Shown here: positions 25,464 through 39,385 of the stretch, piece by piece
Numbering within the stretch: the stretch's first letter is position 1
Layout of the letters: each line of letters starts with the position of its first letter
Assembly: GCF_006345805.1 (NCBI RefSeq)
Contig: NC_043009.1
Span: 47,554,001-47,618,000, forward strand
Direction of reading: 5' to 3'
Length of the DNA: 64,000 nt
Source of the DNA: Octopus sinensis
Lineage: Eukaryota
Notes under the pieces: generated by a model
What the model was told of the DNA's origin: nothing
Seen by the model: only the letters and a program-made list of their open reading frames with translations
Database searches by the model: none
Translations under genes and position numbers: made by a program

Positions 25464-26897
25464 TTGAACTGTGCAGACCTAGTTGGTCTCTCTGCACATT
25501 GCATTATTCATTGTGAACATCTGGTAGCCAGATACTTCAAGTATGAAGATGTTGTAAAATCTGTCCTTGAAATTTTCAATTTCATATGCTTAAATGGGAA
25601 GACACACCAACAGTTCAGAAATTTTATTGATGAACTGGAGCTTGAAGATAAACTCAGTGATGTCTCTTTCCACTGCATTGTGAGGTGGTTGTCAACCAGC
25701 AATGTCGTGAGTAGGTTTGTTAATCTGTTGGAGCCTATTATTGCTTTTCTTAAAGAAATGAAAAGATCCTATCCACAATTGGAAAATGATGAATGGATGC
25801 AAGATCTGATGTTCCTTACTGATATAATGAATCATCTACAAACTCTCAATTTGGCACTCCAGGGGAAGAATAAGATTGTTTGTGATCTTACTCAGACAAT
25901 TTTCAGCTTTCAGAATAAAATAAGGGTTTTTCAAAGAGACATATTGTCAAGAAACTTCAGTCACTTTCCCAATCTCAGTAGGAGAGTAAATACATTCCCT
26001 GATATTGAAATAAAAGACCACAAGCCGTAAGAATACAAAGATAAATTACAAGGACTGCTTGATAATTTCCTAGCCAGGTTTGATGACCTGCAGAAGCTGA
26101 AGCCCTGCTTCACCTTTTTTTTTTGTAAATCCATTTATGGCTGATATGGTCAATGATGGATGTTCAATTCTTGAACTTCTGGTTACGGAATCATCTGCTG
26201 TGGAAATGGAACTAATGGAATTACAGGAGGACCTGGGTCTAAAGATGATCCATAAATCCCAGTCTACAATTGAGTTCTGGAAACAAGTTCCAGAAATAAA
26301 ATATCCTAAACTGAAGACAACTAGTGTGTGACTCATCTCAATTTTTGGCATAACATACTGCTGTGAATCACTGTACACTGTAATGAAGTTTGTGAGGTTG
26401 AAGCATCGTGCAATCCTTACAAACCAACACCTGACGGAGCTAATTCATGCAGTCTTGACAACATGCTGCTGAGGCCCCCTTCGGTCATGACTGACTGTGG
26501 GATTGCACCTAGAAAGTTACCCTCCTAGGCACAAGTCCGGGCAAGGTTGTTTTTTTATGGAAGACCAGCAGTCGCTCATGGACACCAGCCTCCCCTCTCC
26601 ATGCCACCAGTGTTAACCAAGGGAAAGGCAAAGGCTGATACAGCTTGGCACCTGTGACGTTGCAACTCATTTCTACAGCTGGGTGAAATGGGGCAATGTG
26701 AAATAAAGTGTCTTGCTCAAGAACACAACATGCAGCCTAGTCCGGGATTTGAACTCACAACCTCACGATCGTAAGCTCAATGCTCTAGCCACTGAGCCAT
26801 GCACCTTCATTTGACAACATATCAGCCAAATTTTCAACAAATCACAGCCAAGATGGAGATCCACAAGACCTCTACTAGCAGAAAAAAGTGGCTTTAA
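25464..26897 (+). pseudogene. hAT transposase pseudogene (GTF2IRD2/ZBED5/SPIN-like C-terminal half)
   Basis: HCIIH, VRWLS, LMFLTDIMNHLQTLNLALQG, FWKQVPEIKYPKL, FGITYCCESLYTVMK...LTNQHL motifs; stops at 26028 and 26329, a poly-T frameshift at ~26115-26125, and a SINE insertion. Confidence 0.9.
26465..26810 (-). mobile_element. SINE family D nested in the transposase
   Basis: TSD ttgacaacat at 26455-26464 and 26811-26820; removing it restores ...VLTT-YQPNF... in frame. Confidence 0.9.
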
Positions 26898-27219
26898 TGG
26901 CCCGATATTTGTAGCATTGTCTATTATAAGACTGTAAGTTTGTAAGGTGGTATCTGATTAAAATATCTCAAATTTTATTCATTTGCTTTTTTGTTTTACA
27001 TATTTTCCTCCATGTTTTGACCAGATATTTGATAAAACAAATAAATATTATTAAAAACATGACTTTTTTCCTTTTTAGTGGTATTTTTCGGCAGTCTAAT
27101 TGTATGTTACTGAAACGCAAATTTGCACATTTTCCTTAGAAGTTCCCGTAGTTCATTACAGTGTTAAATATGCCCAATATAGTTAAAACAATCATAAGTC
27201 AAGATTTTGAAAACATTAG

Positions 27220-27335
<116 letters not shown>

Positions 27336-27885
27336 GTGTGTGTGTATTTTGTGATAACTGAAACCAATATAAATTAACAGTTTAAAAAACTGCATACATG
27401 AATATTATTGTATACATGCATTTCTTAATATTTATGTAGAAATTTTGTAACAAAATGTGTATGTAACAAAAACGTATGTGTAAATTTTGTTCATGTCTTG
27501 CGGCTCTCAAACATCTGAACTTTACCAAATGTGGCTCATACATTGAGCAAATTTTGCCACCCCTGTTATATCCGTTGTAATAAACGTTTGTAAATATTTA
27601 CAAATGTATTTCATTTGATTTTCCACTTCAGTATTGCTACTTAAGTGTTTAGGTTTAATTTTTATGCCTTTAAATATGTTTGCTGAGATCAATGTAAAAT
27701 CAGATAAATTGATAGAAGTTATGTTTTACTTTTTTCCATTAATGCTTTACAAAAGCATCATAAAGTTGAACATGACTTAACATGAAAACGTAAGCTATTG
27801 TATGCCTCAGTGTGTGTGTGTATATGTATGAAAATATATATATATATACGAGAGCATTGTAGTTCACTTGAAGCATTGTAATATC

Positions 27886-28157
27886 GAAGAAGGGAAAAAC
27901 GGAAGATAGGTAAGCTTCTGATAATGTGAGAAGTTTAACAAAAACCTTTTTATTTCAGTCTGGAAAATGTCTAGTTATACAGGTTATACTGCTGCTGATA
28001 ACATAATGCTGAGGGATTGAATGGGTTAACAAAACCTGTATAACATTTCCCAGACTGTTTTTCTTCTGGGGCTGGACCTTTGTGCCTGAAATATAATGGT
28101 TTTGTAAAACTTTCTGTATTGTCAGAAGCTTTCCTATTTCCTGTTTTTCCCTTCTTC
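27886..28157. repeat. Fold-back element with nested inverted repeats
   Basis: Outer arms gaagaagggaaaaac...atttcag / ctgaaat...gtttttcccttcttc; inner arms cagtctggaaaatgt..ttatacaggtt / aacctgtataacatttcccagactg. Confidence 0.8.
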
Positions 28158-28226
28158 TATATATATGTGTACATATATATATATATATATTATATATATA
28201 TATATGTACATACACATATATGTATG

Positions 28227-28262
<36 letters not shown>

Positions 28263-29177
28263 TGTATGTATATACATGTGTGTATGTGATAGTGACATGG
28301 TAGAGAAATGTAGTTGTGAAACTATTAGTAGATGGGCTTGTCAATTCTTTTATGTGTTAAACTACCATGACAAAACCCACGTCAGCGCATTGTTTTTGGA
28401 CATAACCATGAGTTATTAGAGAGATAAAGTTATGTTATAATGAAGATATGCAGTTATGATAATGAGATGTAGTTGTGATGTACAAAGTTAAAATATTGAC
28501 AACCTAGAGAAATATCATCATAATGTGGAATATTAATCACCCAAAATAATTAACTAATCATTCAATAAGATTTTAAAGCCTTTAAACTGAAATAGTTTAC
28601 AAAACATCCGATGAATTCTGCAGATAAATAATTATATATTTACACTTCAAGAACAACTTTGAACGTTTAAACCATGTACAGTAAAACATTAAAATATTTC
28701 AACAATTAATTTAAAAACAAAATAATTTAAATTCAATCAGTGAAATATGATTATTAATTATTTATATACAGAAAACTGTAAATAGTAAGACAGAATAGCA
28801 TCAGACAATACTAAATAATATAACAAGAAAAGAGGATTGGAGAAAAAAAACAAACAAACAAAACCTCTTAATTTCTTAGCAGGATGTGATGTTAAAAAAA
28901 AAAATATACAGTTATAAACAAAGAAAAAATATGCTTCCATATATACTCCTAAAGACAAAAAAAATTAATTCAAGTTAAAACTAGTGCCAAAAGCAACAAT
29001 GAAACAAAAATTGGTACAAAGCCAAATGGTGTAATGTTTAATTGGAACTATGTCGACAACTGCAACAGCAAAAGTGAATCTCTCAACATGCACACCTCAA
29101 TAATAAACATTTTACACAATAAAACCAAAATAATAATAATAATAATAATAGTAATAATAATAATAATGATAATAATG

Positions 29178-29209
<32 letters not shown>

Positions 29210-29334
29210 TAGAAAATAAAAATATAAAAATAAATCAACTTAAGATTTAATGACCATGCAGTGAGAGAGTAAGAACAAGAGAACACGAGAGGGGAGACGG
29301 AGAGAGAGAAAATGATTGTGAAAGAGTATGATAG

Positions 29335-29377
<43 letters not shown>

Positions 29378-30389
29378 TAGTGAGAAAGAGAGGGAAAGAG
29401 AGAAAGTAATGAGCGATGTTAAATGTTGCGATTTGTGGGAAACGTTAGGGAAATTTCTGGTTGATATCTCATTCGTTAAGCAATTAGGAAGATAATAAAA
29501 ACATATGCGAATGAATAAAGCAGAAGAAATAAGATTGTTAAAAAGTTATCACTAAATTTAGAAATTTAGAAAGAGCAGTTCAAACCGAAAAAGAAAAGAA
29601 AAATTGGAGTGTGTTTGTGCAACTGTATACTCATGTATGTGTGTGTGAGAGAAAGAGAGTGTTTGTGTGTGTGTGTATTTGCATGTGTGGTTGTATGTGT
29701 GTGTGTTTGAACATGCACATATGAGAAAAAATATTTTTTGGAAGAAAATTCGCAATTATTTTTTTTATTCCCAAGCAGCATGTAAATTATTTATTAAAAG
29801 GTAATATATATATAATGATTACAGATTTAAATGACTAATTAATTAATTAATAAATAATTAGACTTTATTTTAAATTACTTAGAGGGTGGGTGGGGAGTAT
29901 CTTTCTTTGAAAAGACAATTTGTTAAGATACAGAAGAAAAAAAGATGGTGAAAATAAGTTCATGCAAACTATCAAATATCAGAGGGTTTTCTTTTTTTTT
30001 TTGGACGGGTGGAAGCTTTCAACTTAAAGTTAACAGGCCGAAGCAAGTGAAAGGACTTGTTCAAGATACAAATGCCTGCTGCTCTGCTAACTGTAAGTTC
30101 AGCAAAAATTGATGATGAAGAACCAACAACTGTGACACAACAATAGATAGAAGCATGGGATATAACATGAGACAAAGCCAACAAATTATTCACCAAGGAG
30201 GAAGGGGAGATAATCAATACACGTGAACCACAAGATGTTCCTTAATAACATTCTTTTAGTCTTTTAGTCTTTTACTTGCTTCAGTCATCTAATTTTTATT
30301 AATGTTTTTGGTTGGTTTCTTGGTTTCTTGTTTTAATTTCCTTTGAGTTCTAAATTTTACCTCTACAGATATATATATATATATATATA

Positions 30390-30420
<31 letters not shown>

Positions 30421-33400
30421 CATATATTTATTTATACATTTTGGTTTTAATAGATTTTTAATTATCTTTTTCTATCTTGTTTAAATATTAAATTTATGAA
30501 AGAAAAGAATAATGGTGAAGCCTGATTTATCCTTAAATGATAAATGCAATTTCTTTAGTTGTTCTTTACACATGGGTTTGGAAAAAGAATTTAAATACAG
30601 AATCATGATAATTATGAATTATTTTACTTGAAATAATTTAAATATTATTTCCAACATTTTCTTTTCAAATATTAGTATTATTAAATATCTATGTGCCAAC
30701 AGTAATGATGTCTTAAGATTATAAATTAAACAGAACTTCATTGGTTGATTATGGCTAATTAAGTAGATTGTCTTAATCTATTGTAATGGATTTGTTATAT
30801 GAGGTTTAGAATTTAGAAAAGAGCCAATACTGTTATAGGATCCCATCTTAGCACTGATTACACCATAAAAGTGAAAAAAAAAAATCAGCTGTACTACAAA
30901 TGACAAATAAAAATAAAAATGATGGTAGTGACCTTTAGCCAGACACACAGAAGAGGTTGTTAGGATCAGTGTACAGTCAAGAAGTAAACACTTGAAGTCG
31001 GTAATTACTTTAGTGCAGTTCACAAGGTTGGGTAAGTATATATGCCAAAGGGAGAAAAAAGAGCATGATGTTACAGATTTTCTTTTCTCTCAGACAAGGG
31101 GGTCAATCTTGAAATGTCGTGACATAAAAACTTATCCAACTTCATCAACTTTGTTCTATAATATTTGGCAATGTAGAGACTACCCCCAGTTTCCTTAGAC
31201 TATTTTTTTTTCTTTGCTTTTGTTCTTTGCCTTTCTCTTTTTAATGACAATTATTTTAGATCTGCAGATTATCTCAGCGAAGATAATAAATCAAAATTAT
31301 ATTTAACATTTGTTTTCAACAACTGTGATTTTGTCTCAAAAATAGCAAATCATCTTTTTGAGAGAAGAAATCAGTTTTAAAATAATTATTAATTAGAGAA
31401 ATAATTTATTTTCCGTCTTTGTTTTTCTTTTGTCTCCAATTATTTTCAATAGAAATTAGTTGCAGCAACAACATTAAAACTAATTCAGATTCAGACTTTA
31501 ATGACATATTTAATGTCAACAAGCTTCTATTCTGATATTAACGCATATCAACATTGAATTCTTCTAACACATACTTTTGAAGAAAAAATACCAACTTTCT
31601 CTTTTAAATAGTTAAATAATTATCTTGAAAGTGCAAACTGTGCAGTTCATGATTTATAATTGGCTCATAATCATGAAATTTTGTGTTCAATTCCTGGACT
31701 GGATGGTGCATCAAGTCTTTGAGCAAGGTACTTCATTCCACATTACTCCAGTCTACTCAGCTGTAAATGAGTATGTGCTGAGTGCTGATGCATCTGCCTC
31801 TCCCTCCTGCTGTCACATCTTGGATGTTTTGCTAGATCAAGGGTAAAGAAGGCAAGAGAGTGTTTATGCCTGCTTGTGACTACACAGGCACCTCAAACAA
31901 TTAGTAAAAGCTTGGTATGTGTCACCAAGCCATAATCCTGATGTGAAACATTTGATGCTGTGATCAATGTCATTCATATAGATCAGAGAAAAACACTTAC
32001 AGATAGAAATATCTTAATTACTAAGCATTGTTTGAAAAATATCCTCATTAGTTTACAGGTTTCTAGTAGATTAATTACTGGTTTATTGCATTTCTGATGA
32101 GAGTGGCAAAGGATTGTCCCTGATGTTTTGCTTTGCATCAGTCTTTACATCAGTTGCTGATATACGGCAGTGATAGATGTGTACTCACATGCACACATAT
32201 CCTAAGATTTTGTCTACCACGTTCCATGTACGAAGTACTAACACTTACCAAGGAAGGTGCCTGGTGGGAACCAACATGTTACCACAAGGTTGTAAAACAA
32301 CTTCTTAGTCACACTGCTTTGCCTGAATTTATAGTTATTCAATGGTAGTATCCCTATTCCATCCTTCACCTCCTTCTTCTCATCATTATAATTTTTATGT
32401 TTATTTTTTTTTCCATTCAGGCATGGGTTAGCCATATCCTCACAGATTGAATTAGTTCATATTCAGAGTTATTACTCTCCGAGTTAGGTATTAGAACACA
32501 TCTTACTTTTGAAATGTGCTCTATGGCTAGATGCACTTGCTATCATGAATGACTTTACACTGGTTTATAGTGTCACAAGAACTAGGGAGGTTGTCATGAT
32601 CTCTCTACTGTTGGGGCCCATGCACCCAAAATATACCCAAGACACTCGGGGAGATGATTTCTTAGAACCCCTTCATATAAATTTAATTCCATAATAAAGA
32701 AGTTCATAAATAAAAATGATCCAACCCTTTGATGTATCAGAAATACAAGGTGGATAAAAAAAGAAGTAAAGTGGGAAAATAGAATGAAATTATATTTAGA
32801 TTAATATTTTTGATTCTGAAGATAGAAAAAGCAACTGATTAGTTCTACTTCAAGTTGGGAGCAGATCTGACCCTATATATCACAGTAAAACCAGTAAAAG
32901 GGTCCTAAGGGGTCTTCAGTAACAGACTGAAGGACAGAGAGCCCATCAAAGCAGAAATTGCTGAACTGGAGTGCTTTGTCTTAGCTGTGGACAAATCTTG
33001 ACTCCCCAGGAATATGCAAGGCTTGGGTCTATCAGCATGGGATCCTCTCAATAATCTTCTGCCTCCTACTCATCTATGAGTAGGAGCCAAAAGGCATTAC
33101 AAGAGTAAGCAAAAGAAGAGCCATCAAGAAGAATGTGGAGGTAGCAAAAGAAAATATCTTGAAGGTTCTGGCTATAAAAAAAAATCCTGCTGTTGGTCAG
33201 CAGAATGCTAATGAGACAAAGGTTGACTTGACTGACATCTCTTGGATCACCTGGATTAGAGTGTGTGTGTTGCAAGACATGTAACACCTAGTGATTCCAA
33301 GAACCAACATTGATGATGTGTTAAAGTAAGAAATGGATCAGAGAATTCTCTATTTAGTTTATTTTCTTTTTCCATATTAACAATGGTTGGGGAAGTTTAT

Positions 33401-34140
33401 TACAATATTTATAATTAAATAATCTATGTATTTATCTACAACTTTATAATCATAGAGATTTAAACAGAAAATTGCTTTTAAATCAAATATACACGTGTGT
33501 ATGAGTCTATGTGCATAAACTAATAAACTACATGAAAATATAGATATATTTATATATACACAACTATAATTGTAATATATTTAGCAGATACAATTCATGT
33601 CATTATTGGAAGTTTCTGCCTGTTAGAATATGAACAAAATTCATAATTCCAAATAACTGTATTAGGGCATTAGCTGATGAAATTAAATTATGCACTAAAA
33701 CATGTAGCGAATACTTTTGCTTTTATTCATTTATTCTCTCCATAACTGTATGTATGTATTCGTGTTTGAAAATATACACAAGAGAAATAGAACTCAATAC
33801 ATAAAATAGAGTGTTTATATTATTTTATTATAGCTGAAGAGCTACATCAATGTCGCAAAAACTGAGAATCAAAGAGAGGTGTGGAAAAGCATGCCTTGCC
33901 TTAACAATGTTTAGGCAAGGCGTGCTTGCTTCTGAATTAGTATATTAAGCTGAGAATTGTCAATATCATTATTAAATCAATTCTGCTATGTGATGCTGAC
34001 TCATGTTGAATGAACATACACAAATACACATATATATATGTAACAATCACATGTGTATATAAACTAACTTACATTTCTTTTTAGAAACGTCGAATGTGTA
34101 TTGTATGATACAGACAAGAAAGTGATATTTTGAACGCAGT

Positions 34141-34265
34141 CAGTAGGCAGGTTAGCTTAATGGTAAAGCACTCAGCCGGTATCTTGGGGGATGTGGGTTC
34201 AACTCCCATGGGTGTTTGTTGACAACATTTTCCACTTTGTAAGGGTAATGGTACCCAATTTTTCT
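34141..34265 (+). other. tRNA-like (A/B box) remnant, probably a SINE head
   Basis: tagcttaatggtaaagc and gtgggttcaactccca; no acceptor stem pairing. Confidence 0.55.
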
Positions 34266-34804
34266 GCTGTATTAACAGCAATACTGCATTTGAAATATTA
34301 CTTTTTTGTATACATATATATATATGGATCGAAACAGTTTGGTTCCAATTTGTAGTGCCCTTCTTTCATTTGTCCACTCACTCGTGTATACACACACACA
34401 CACACGCACACATGTATGTGTGTGGTGTGTGTGTGTGTGTATGGTAGCCAATCAATAAATTGCTTTGCAATAATCATTCTGGCATACTACTTTGGGTTCA
34501 AATCCTTCCAAGGCCAATCATCCATTCAGAGTTGGTAAATGAAGTACCAGTCCTTGTCTTTCTGCTTTTTTCTGTTCGTTTATCTGTCTCCTGGAGGATC
34601 AGAAGAGGGGAGGGTTTTACACGAGAATAACCTTCTCCAAAACAGATGTTCTTATAAGAACAAGGGGCCTAGTATTCCTCCAAATGGTCTTATCATGCTA
34701 ATTTAGCATCTCAAGTAATTCTATATTCCCATGTTCCTAAATACCCACTGACCATATGCTGAGTTCATCCTCACTTCTAGATGCACACACACACACACAC
34801 ACAT

Positions 34805-35260
34805 GGCACCCGTGTCAGTGGAGCACTAATGATTCCATCCGAGTGGGATCACTGCCAGAGTGGCTGTCTGGTTTCCGTGCCGGTGGCACGTAAAAAGCAT
34901 CATTCGAGTGTGATCGTTACCAGCGTTGCTTTACTGGCACTTGTGCTGGTGGCATGTGAACAAAACTTTCAAGTGAGGTCGTTGCCAGTGCCGCTGGACT
35001 GACTCCTGTGCAGGTGACACATAAAAAACACCATTTCGAGCATGGCCATTGCCAGTACCATCAGACTGGCCCTCGTGCTGGTGGAACATAAAAGCACCCA
35101 CTACACTCTCGGAGAGGTTGGTGGGCATCCAGCTGTAGAAACTCTGCCAGATCAGATTGGAGCATGGTGCAGCCATCTGGTTCGCCAGTCCTTAGTCAAA
35201 TCGTCCAACCCATGCTAGCATGGAAAGTGGATATTAAATGATGATGATGATGATGATGAT
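34805..35260 (+). mobile_element. RTE tail-derived retroposon
   Basis: gccggtggcacgtaaaaagc units and a (gat)n tail. Confidence 0.85.
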
Positions 35261-35409
35261 ATACATATAAACATATCTATATCTACACCTACATCACACA
35301 GATGTATATATATATATATACATCTGTGTATGTGTATGTGTGTGTGTGATGCAGGTGTGGATATAGATATATTTATATGTATATAATATGTATATAATGA
35401 TATGTATAT

Positions 35410-35616
35410 CATGAGTCGCCACGATAGATCGTTAGCCACGACACACATTTTTTCTCTCCTTGTTTCTCTCTTTGTTTTTTCTGTGTCCCTTTCTGTTGAA
35501 GAACGTAGGCTCAAAACGTAAAAGACTTTAACTATTCCTGAGCATTATACTAATACATCTGTTTGTTTTGTACACCACCTGTCTTCGTCTTTTGTTTTTT
35601 TCGTAAACCCTCCCTA
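35410..35616 (+). mobile_element. Short (TA)n-embedded repeat with a variant hammerhead-like motif
   Basis: cttt ctgttga a gaac gtag gctc aaaa cg ta aaag; inverted homologue at 49254-49370. Confidence 0.6.
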
Positions 35617-36389
35617 TATATATATATACACATATGTACATATGCATATAATCATCATCATCATTGTTTTTAATGTCCAATGTCCAGTTTGGCTAGAGCT
35701 GGGTGGTTTGACAGGATCTGACAGCTTCAAGACTGTATCATGCTCCAGTGTCTGCTTTAGTATAGTTTCTGCAGCTGAATACTTTACTCTGAGTAAATTA
35801 GGTGTTTCTTTCATAGCACCAATATTAGTGAGGTTGCCGTGTACTTCACAAGACTAACATATCCTTTGATTGAGTGGGGCTACAGTAGAGAGGGAATCAG
35901 CCTTATGCTTAGAAATAAAAGGTTATAGTATGAAAAAAGGGGGGCAGAACAGGTTTTTGAACACTAAAGGAGTTTCATAGTTACTCCCAATATAGAAAAA
36001 TGGTTGGGAATAACTGTGGGTGGGGCTAAAAAGAGAGATAAAATAGTAGTGATTAGGTGTCAGAGTGGACCCTCAAATTGCAAGAAGGTGAAAAGAAGCA
36101 AGTGGGAACAAGACCTAGAAATGTGGATGGGTAGTAATTGCAAGAGTGTATGGAAAGAGTGAGGAAAAGACAATTACAGACGTGAATGGGGTGGGACTAA
36201 TGAATATGTATCAATTATGTGTGTGTGTATATGTGTGTATGTATACATAAACACACACACACACATTATATTATATTATATTATATTAATAAAGAAAAAT
36301 AATGTCAAGTTTGGCAGTGAATTTAATGATAAATTGTGTGTGCAGGTAGATAGGTATCTAAAATGATTTTCTTCTTACCTTTCTATTTA

Positions 36390-36900
36390 GGCAATCAGAT
36401 GGAACTTCAAAAGTGGGTACTTATGGAATTTATGTTTGTAGACAACTTAATTATCAGAAGAATATGTTGAAGGACATCAGAAAAGTCAAAAGTTTGGAAG
36501 AAGAGGCTTGCTTGATTTAATGATAACATGATCATATCTATGATACCAGTTAGTAGTAAAACTGCCAGAAAATCTCATTAGTGCCAAGCAAGTAGTTTTT
36601 CTTGTTTGGAATACTGGAAGAAAGTAGGTAAGAATAATGTACTGTGATGGCAGTGAAAGGATGCATAAAATATCTGATAGAATAAAGCAACATTTTAGAT
36701 TCACTAGTTGCATTGCAGAAGTTAACAACATGAACACCAAGAGCTTGTCAGATGTTCTGCTGGAAACAATATATACATTTTCCAACCTACATGTGATTTA
36801 ATTTCAGCTCAAGTGGGAACTAGTGATAGCATATTGGCTTGGGTTCAAAAAGGAAATGAAGGAAATTAGAAGAATGCTGCCTTTGTTTGCAACAAGTATT
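36390..36900 (-). pseudogene. Possible very old LINE (CR1/Jockey-like) RT remnant
   Basis: Minus-strand fragments loosely resemble the F..R.T..AL and SKTFD...HILLIIKL RT motifs; highly decayed. Confidence 0.3.
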
Positions 36901-38640
36901 TTCTGTGCCAATTAGAAAGGTAAAATATATGAACAGTGAATGCAGAGGATCTACTTTGGTTCAAGGAAAAGAAATGATTTCAATACAGCTATATAGCCCA
37001 TAGCATGTGTGTGTTTGTGTATGGAAAAGGTTGAGAACAAATGAGTTGGGGAAAGTAATATGTCAGAAAAATTGGAATATATGCGAAGAGAAGATGAATC
37101 TGTTGGTATGAAATTGAATAAGAATAGAAGACAGAAAGTGGATAAAAAATCATGTTCCCAGTTAATGGTTGGATTTACCTGTAGCTGAGAAAGGTCGAGG
37201 AAAACTAGAGAAAGAGTCAGGTTAGATTTGAGAATTTAGACTTCATTGATGACAGAATTAAGACCATCCAACCCAAGTCAGCATAGAATGTAAGATTTCC
37301 AGTTTATTTTTAATGACTAAGCCAGAAGAAAAAAGATGGCACTCACAACACTTTCACAAGATATCTGAGACTAACGAGGGGAAATGAAGGAGTTATCCCC
37401 AACTGGACACCTGACCTCTGACAGAGTAGAATCTGCTAAAGGTATCCAAAGGCTAGTTGGTGGTGTTAAACTGGTTGATAGTTTAGGTCTATGATCCAAG
37501 GATGTTCAAAAAGTAATAATGACATTTGTTGTGCTGTGTATATATGTATATACATATATGTATGTTAGATAATGTAAATATTGTTGTCTAGTAACAAATT
37601 AGAAACCAATATAATATTTATAATATCAAAGATATGAGATGGTATTAAAACTTGTTTTCATGATTTTCATGATCAAAGTACTTAGACAAATTAAACATTT
37701 TTGAAGTTCTTCCCTAACAGATCTGATATTTTTCTAAATCTGTTGCACCTTTTAATTGCATATGGCAATGAATAAACACTCTTTTTTATGATCAACAATA
37801 TTGTTCTTCTAAATTTCCAAACCTCTTTGATATTAAATTTGATGAAACATTTTACTTCACCAATTAAGTACTGAACTAAGTCATGTTATTAGCAACTGGT
37901 TAGTTTTTAGATAACTGCATAGAAGTTATGAAGTCTTTATTTATTATTGACTTTAATTATATATGTAGCTGGACTAATAATAAAATGATTAATATTGGGA
38001 ATTAAAGATTAATTATATAAAGTTTATAAACAGTATTAACATTACTCTTTCCACCTGAACACTACTTTACATCTGCTTTATTTCATTTAAAATTTAATTT
38101 AATTTAATTGTTTTATTTCTAAATAATCTTACTGTTTTACTTTATTTTATGTTATTTCTTGAAGATTTTAGCATTATTTGGGAAATTCAGTATTAACCAA
38201 ATATAGAATAAACCTGATGATTCACATATTTAGAAACAGTATTGCATGTGCTCTGAGATAACAAACTTCTAGCTTAATATACTTGCAGTGATCACAGCAT
38301 CTTCTAGTGGCACTGAAATGGCTCTGCTTCGACTTTTGAAGCATCCCATCTTTCTCTGTAATGAATTCAAAACAAAACAGAATTCATTCAAATTAACCAC
38401 TAGCTCATTAACAAAACTTTCATGTAATCCCCGGAGAAACCCAACCCAGGAAAAAATCATTCTTGAAGTCCCCTCAGAAACATTAAAAAGAATATGTAAA
38501 TAAAAAAAGTTATACCTTCAAGATGACACACACACACACATATATATATATACATATATGCATATAAATATACATATGTATATATGTGTGTGTGTGTGTA
38601 TGTTTATATATATATATATATATGTTTATATATATATATG

Positions 38641-38697
<57 letters not shown>

Positions 38698-38700
38698 ATG

Positions 38701-38731
<31 letters not shown>

Positions 38732-39345
38732 CATACATATATATATATATAATTATATGCAGTTAGTTGAACAAACATGTACTCCACTGAAGAAACTTTG
38801 TATTATAGCAGCAAGACCGTTAAGTATTAATATTAATACAGTGCATTATTTTAATACAACAACAGAAATTAGTATATATTTGCAATGATAATAAAGCACA
38901 CAAAAATCCTTTAATGTAGTCACAGCATTTTTTCCTTTTTCTTCTCTTTTTTTTTTGTAGTTAAATATATTAAATACTATATAATAAAACAACTTGATTG
39001 GTACACAGAGGAAATCAGAGATAAAAATCTATTACACAAAGATGACATCAAAATAATATTTTCAAATAGTATTTTATTAATTTGAAAACAGCAAACCATC
39101 AGATAAGGAAAATGTCTCAATTATATGATGGCTAAACCAAAAAACACACATATATATATATAAAAATACAACAAAAAAACTTTCAATTATTTCTTTTTTT
39201 TTTTTTATTTGACAGACTTCAGACAGTTTAATCACATGTTACTAACAACAATAAATATCATATCTTGAGTTTTTACGCTACACATTTAGAATCTGAGGTT
39301 AGATATGAAAGTAGCATTATTATCTTGAACTGTTAAGTCAAAGTG

Positions 39346-39385
<40 letters not shown>

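Noticed and set aside
27955-28085. Apparent minus-strand terminal exon (HKGPAPEEKQSGKCYTGFVNPF...)
   Set aside because: It lies inside a fold-back element; the acceptor is part of the inverted repeat arm.
29972-30217. ORF ending in PKKKRK (SV40-like NLS)
   Set aside because: The lysines come from a poly-T run, and there is no convincing splice acceptor or homology.
34141-34215. Functional tRNA gene
   Set aside because: A/B boxes are present but there is no acceptor stem or consistent cloverleaf; the same holds for the SINE heads.
38214-38245. ctgatga...gaaa hammerhead-like spacing
   Set aside because: No credible stem II or stem I pairing.
38558-38888. Numerous YI/CV/HT-repeat ORFs here and throughout the window
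   Set aside because: Translations of (TA)n, (TG)n and (CA)n microsatellites.
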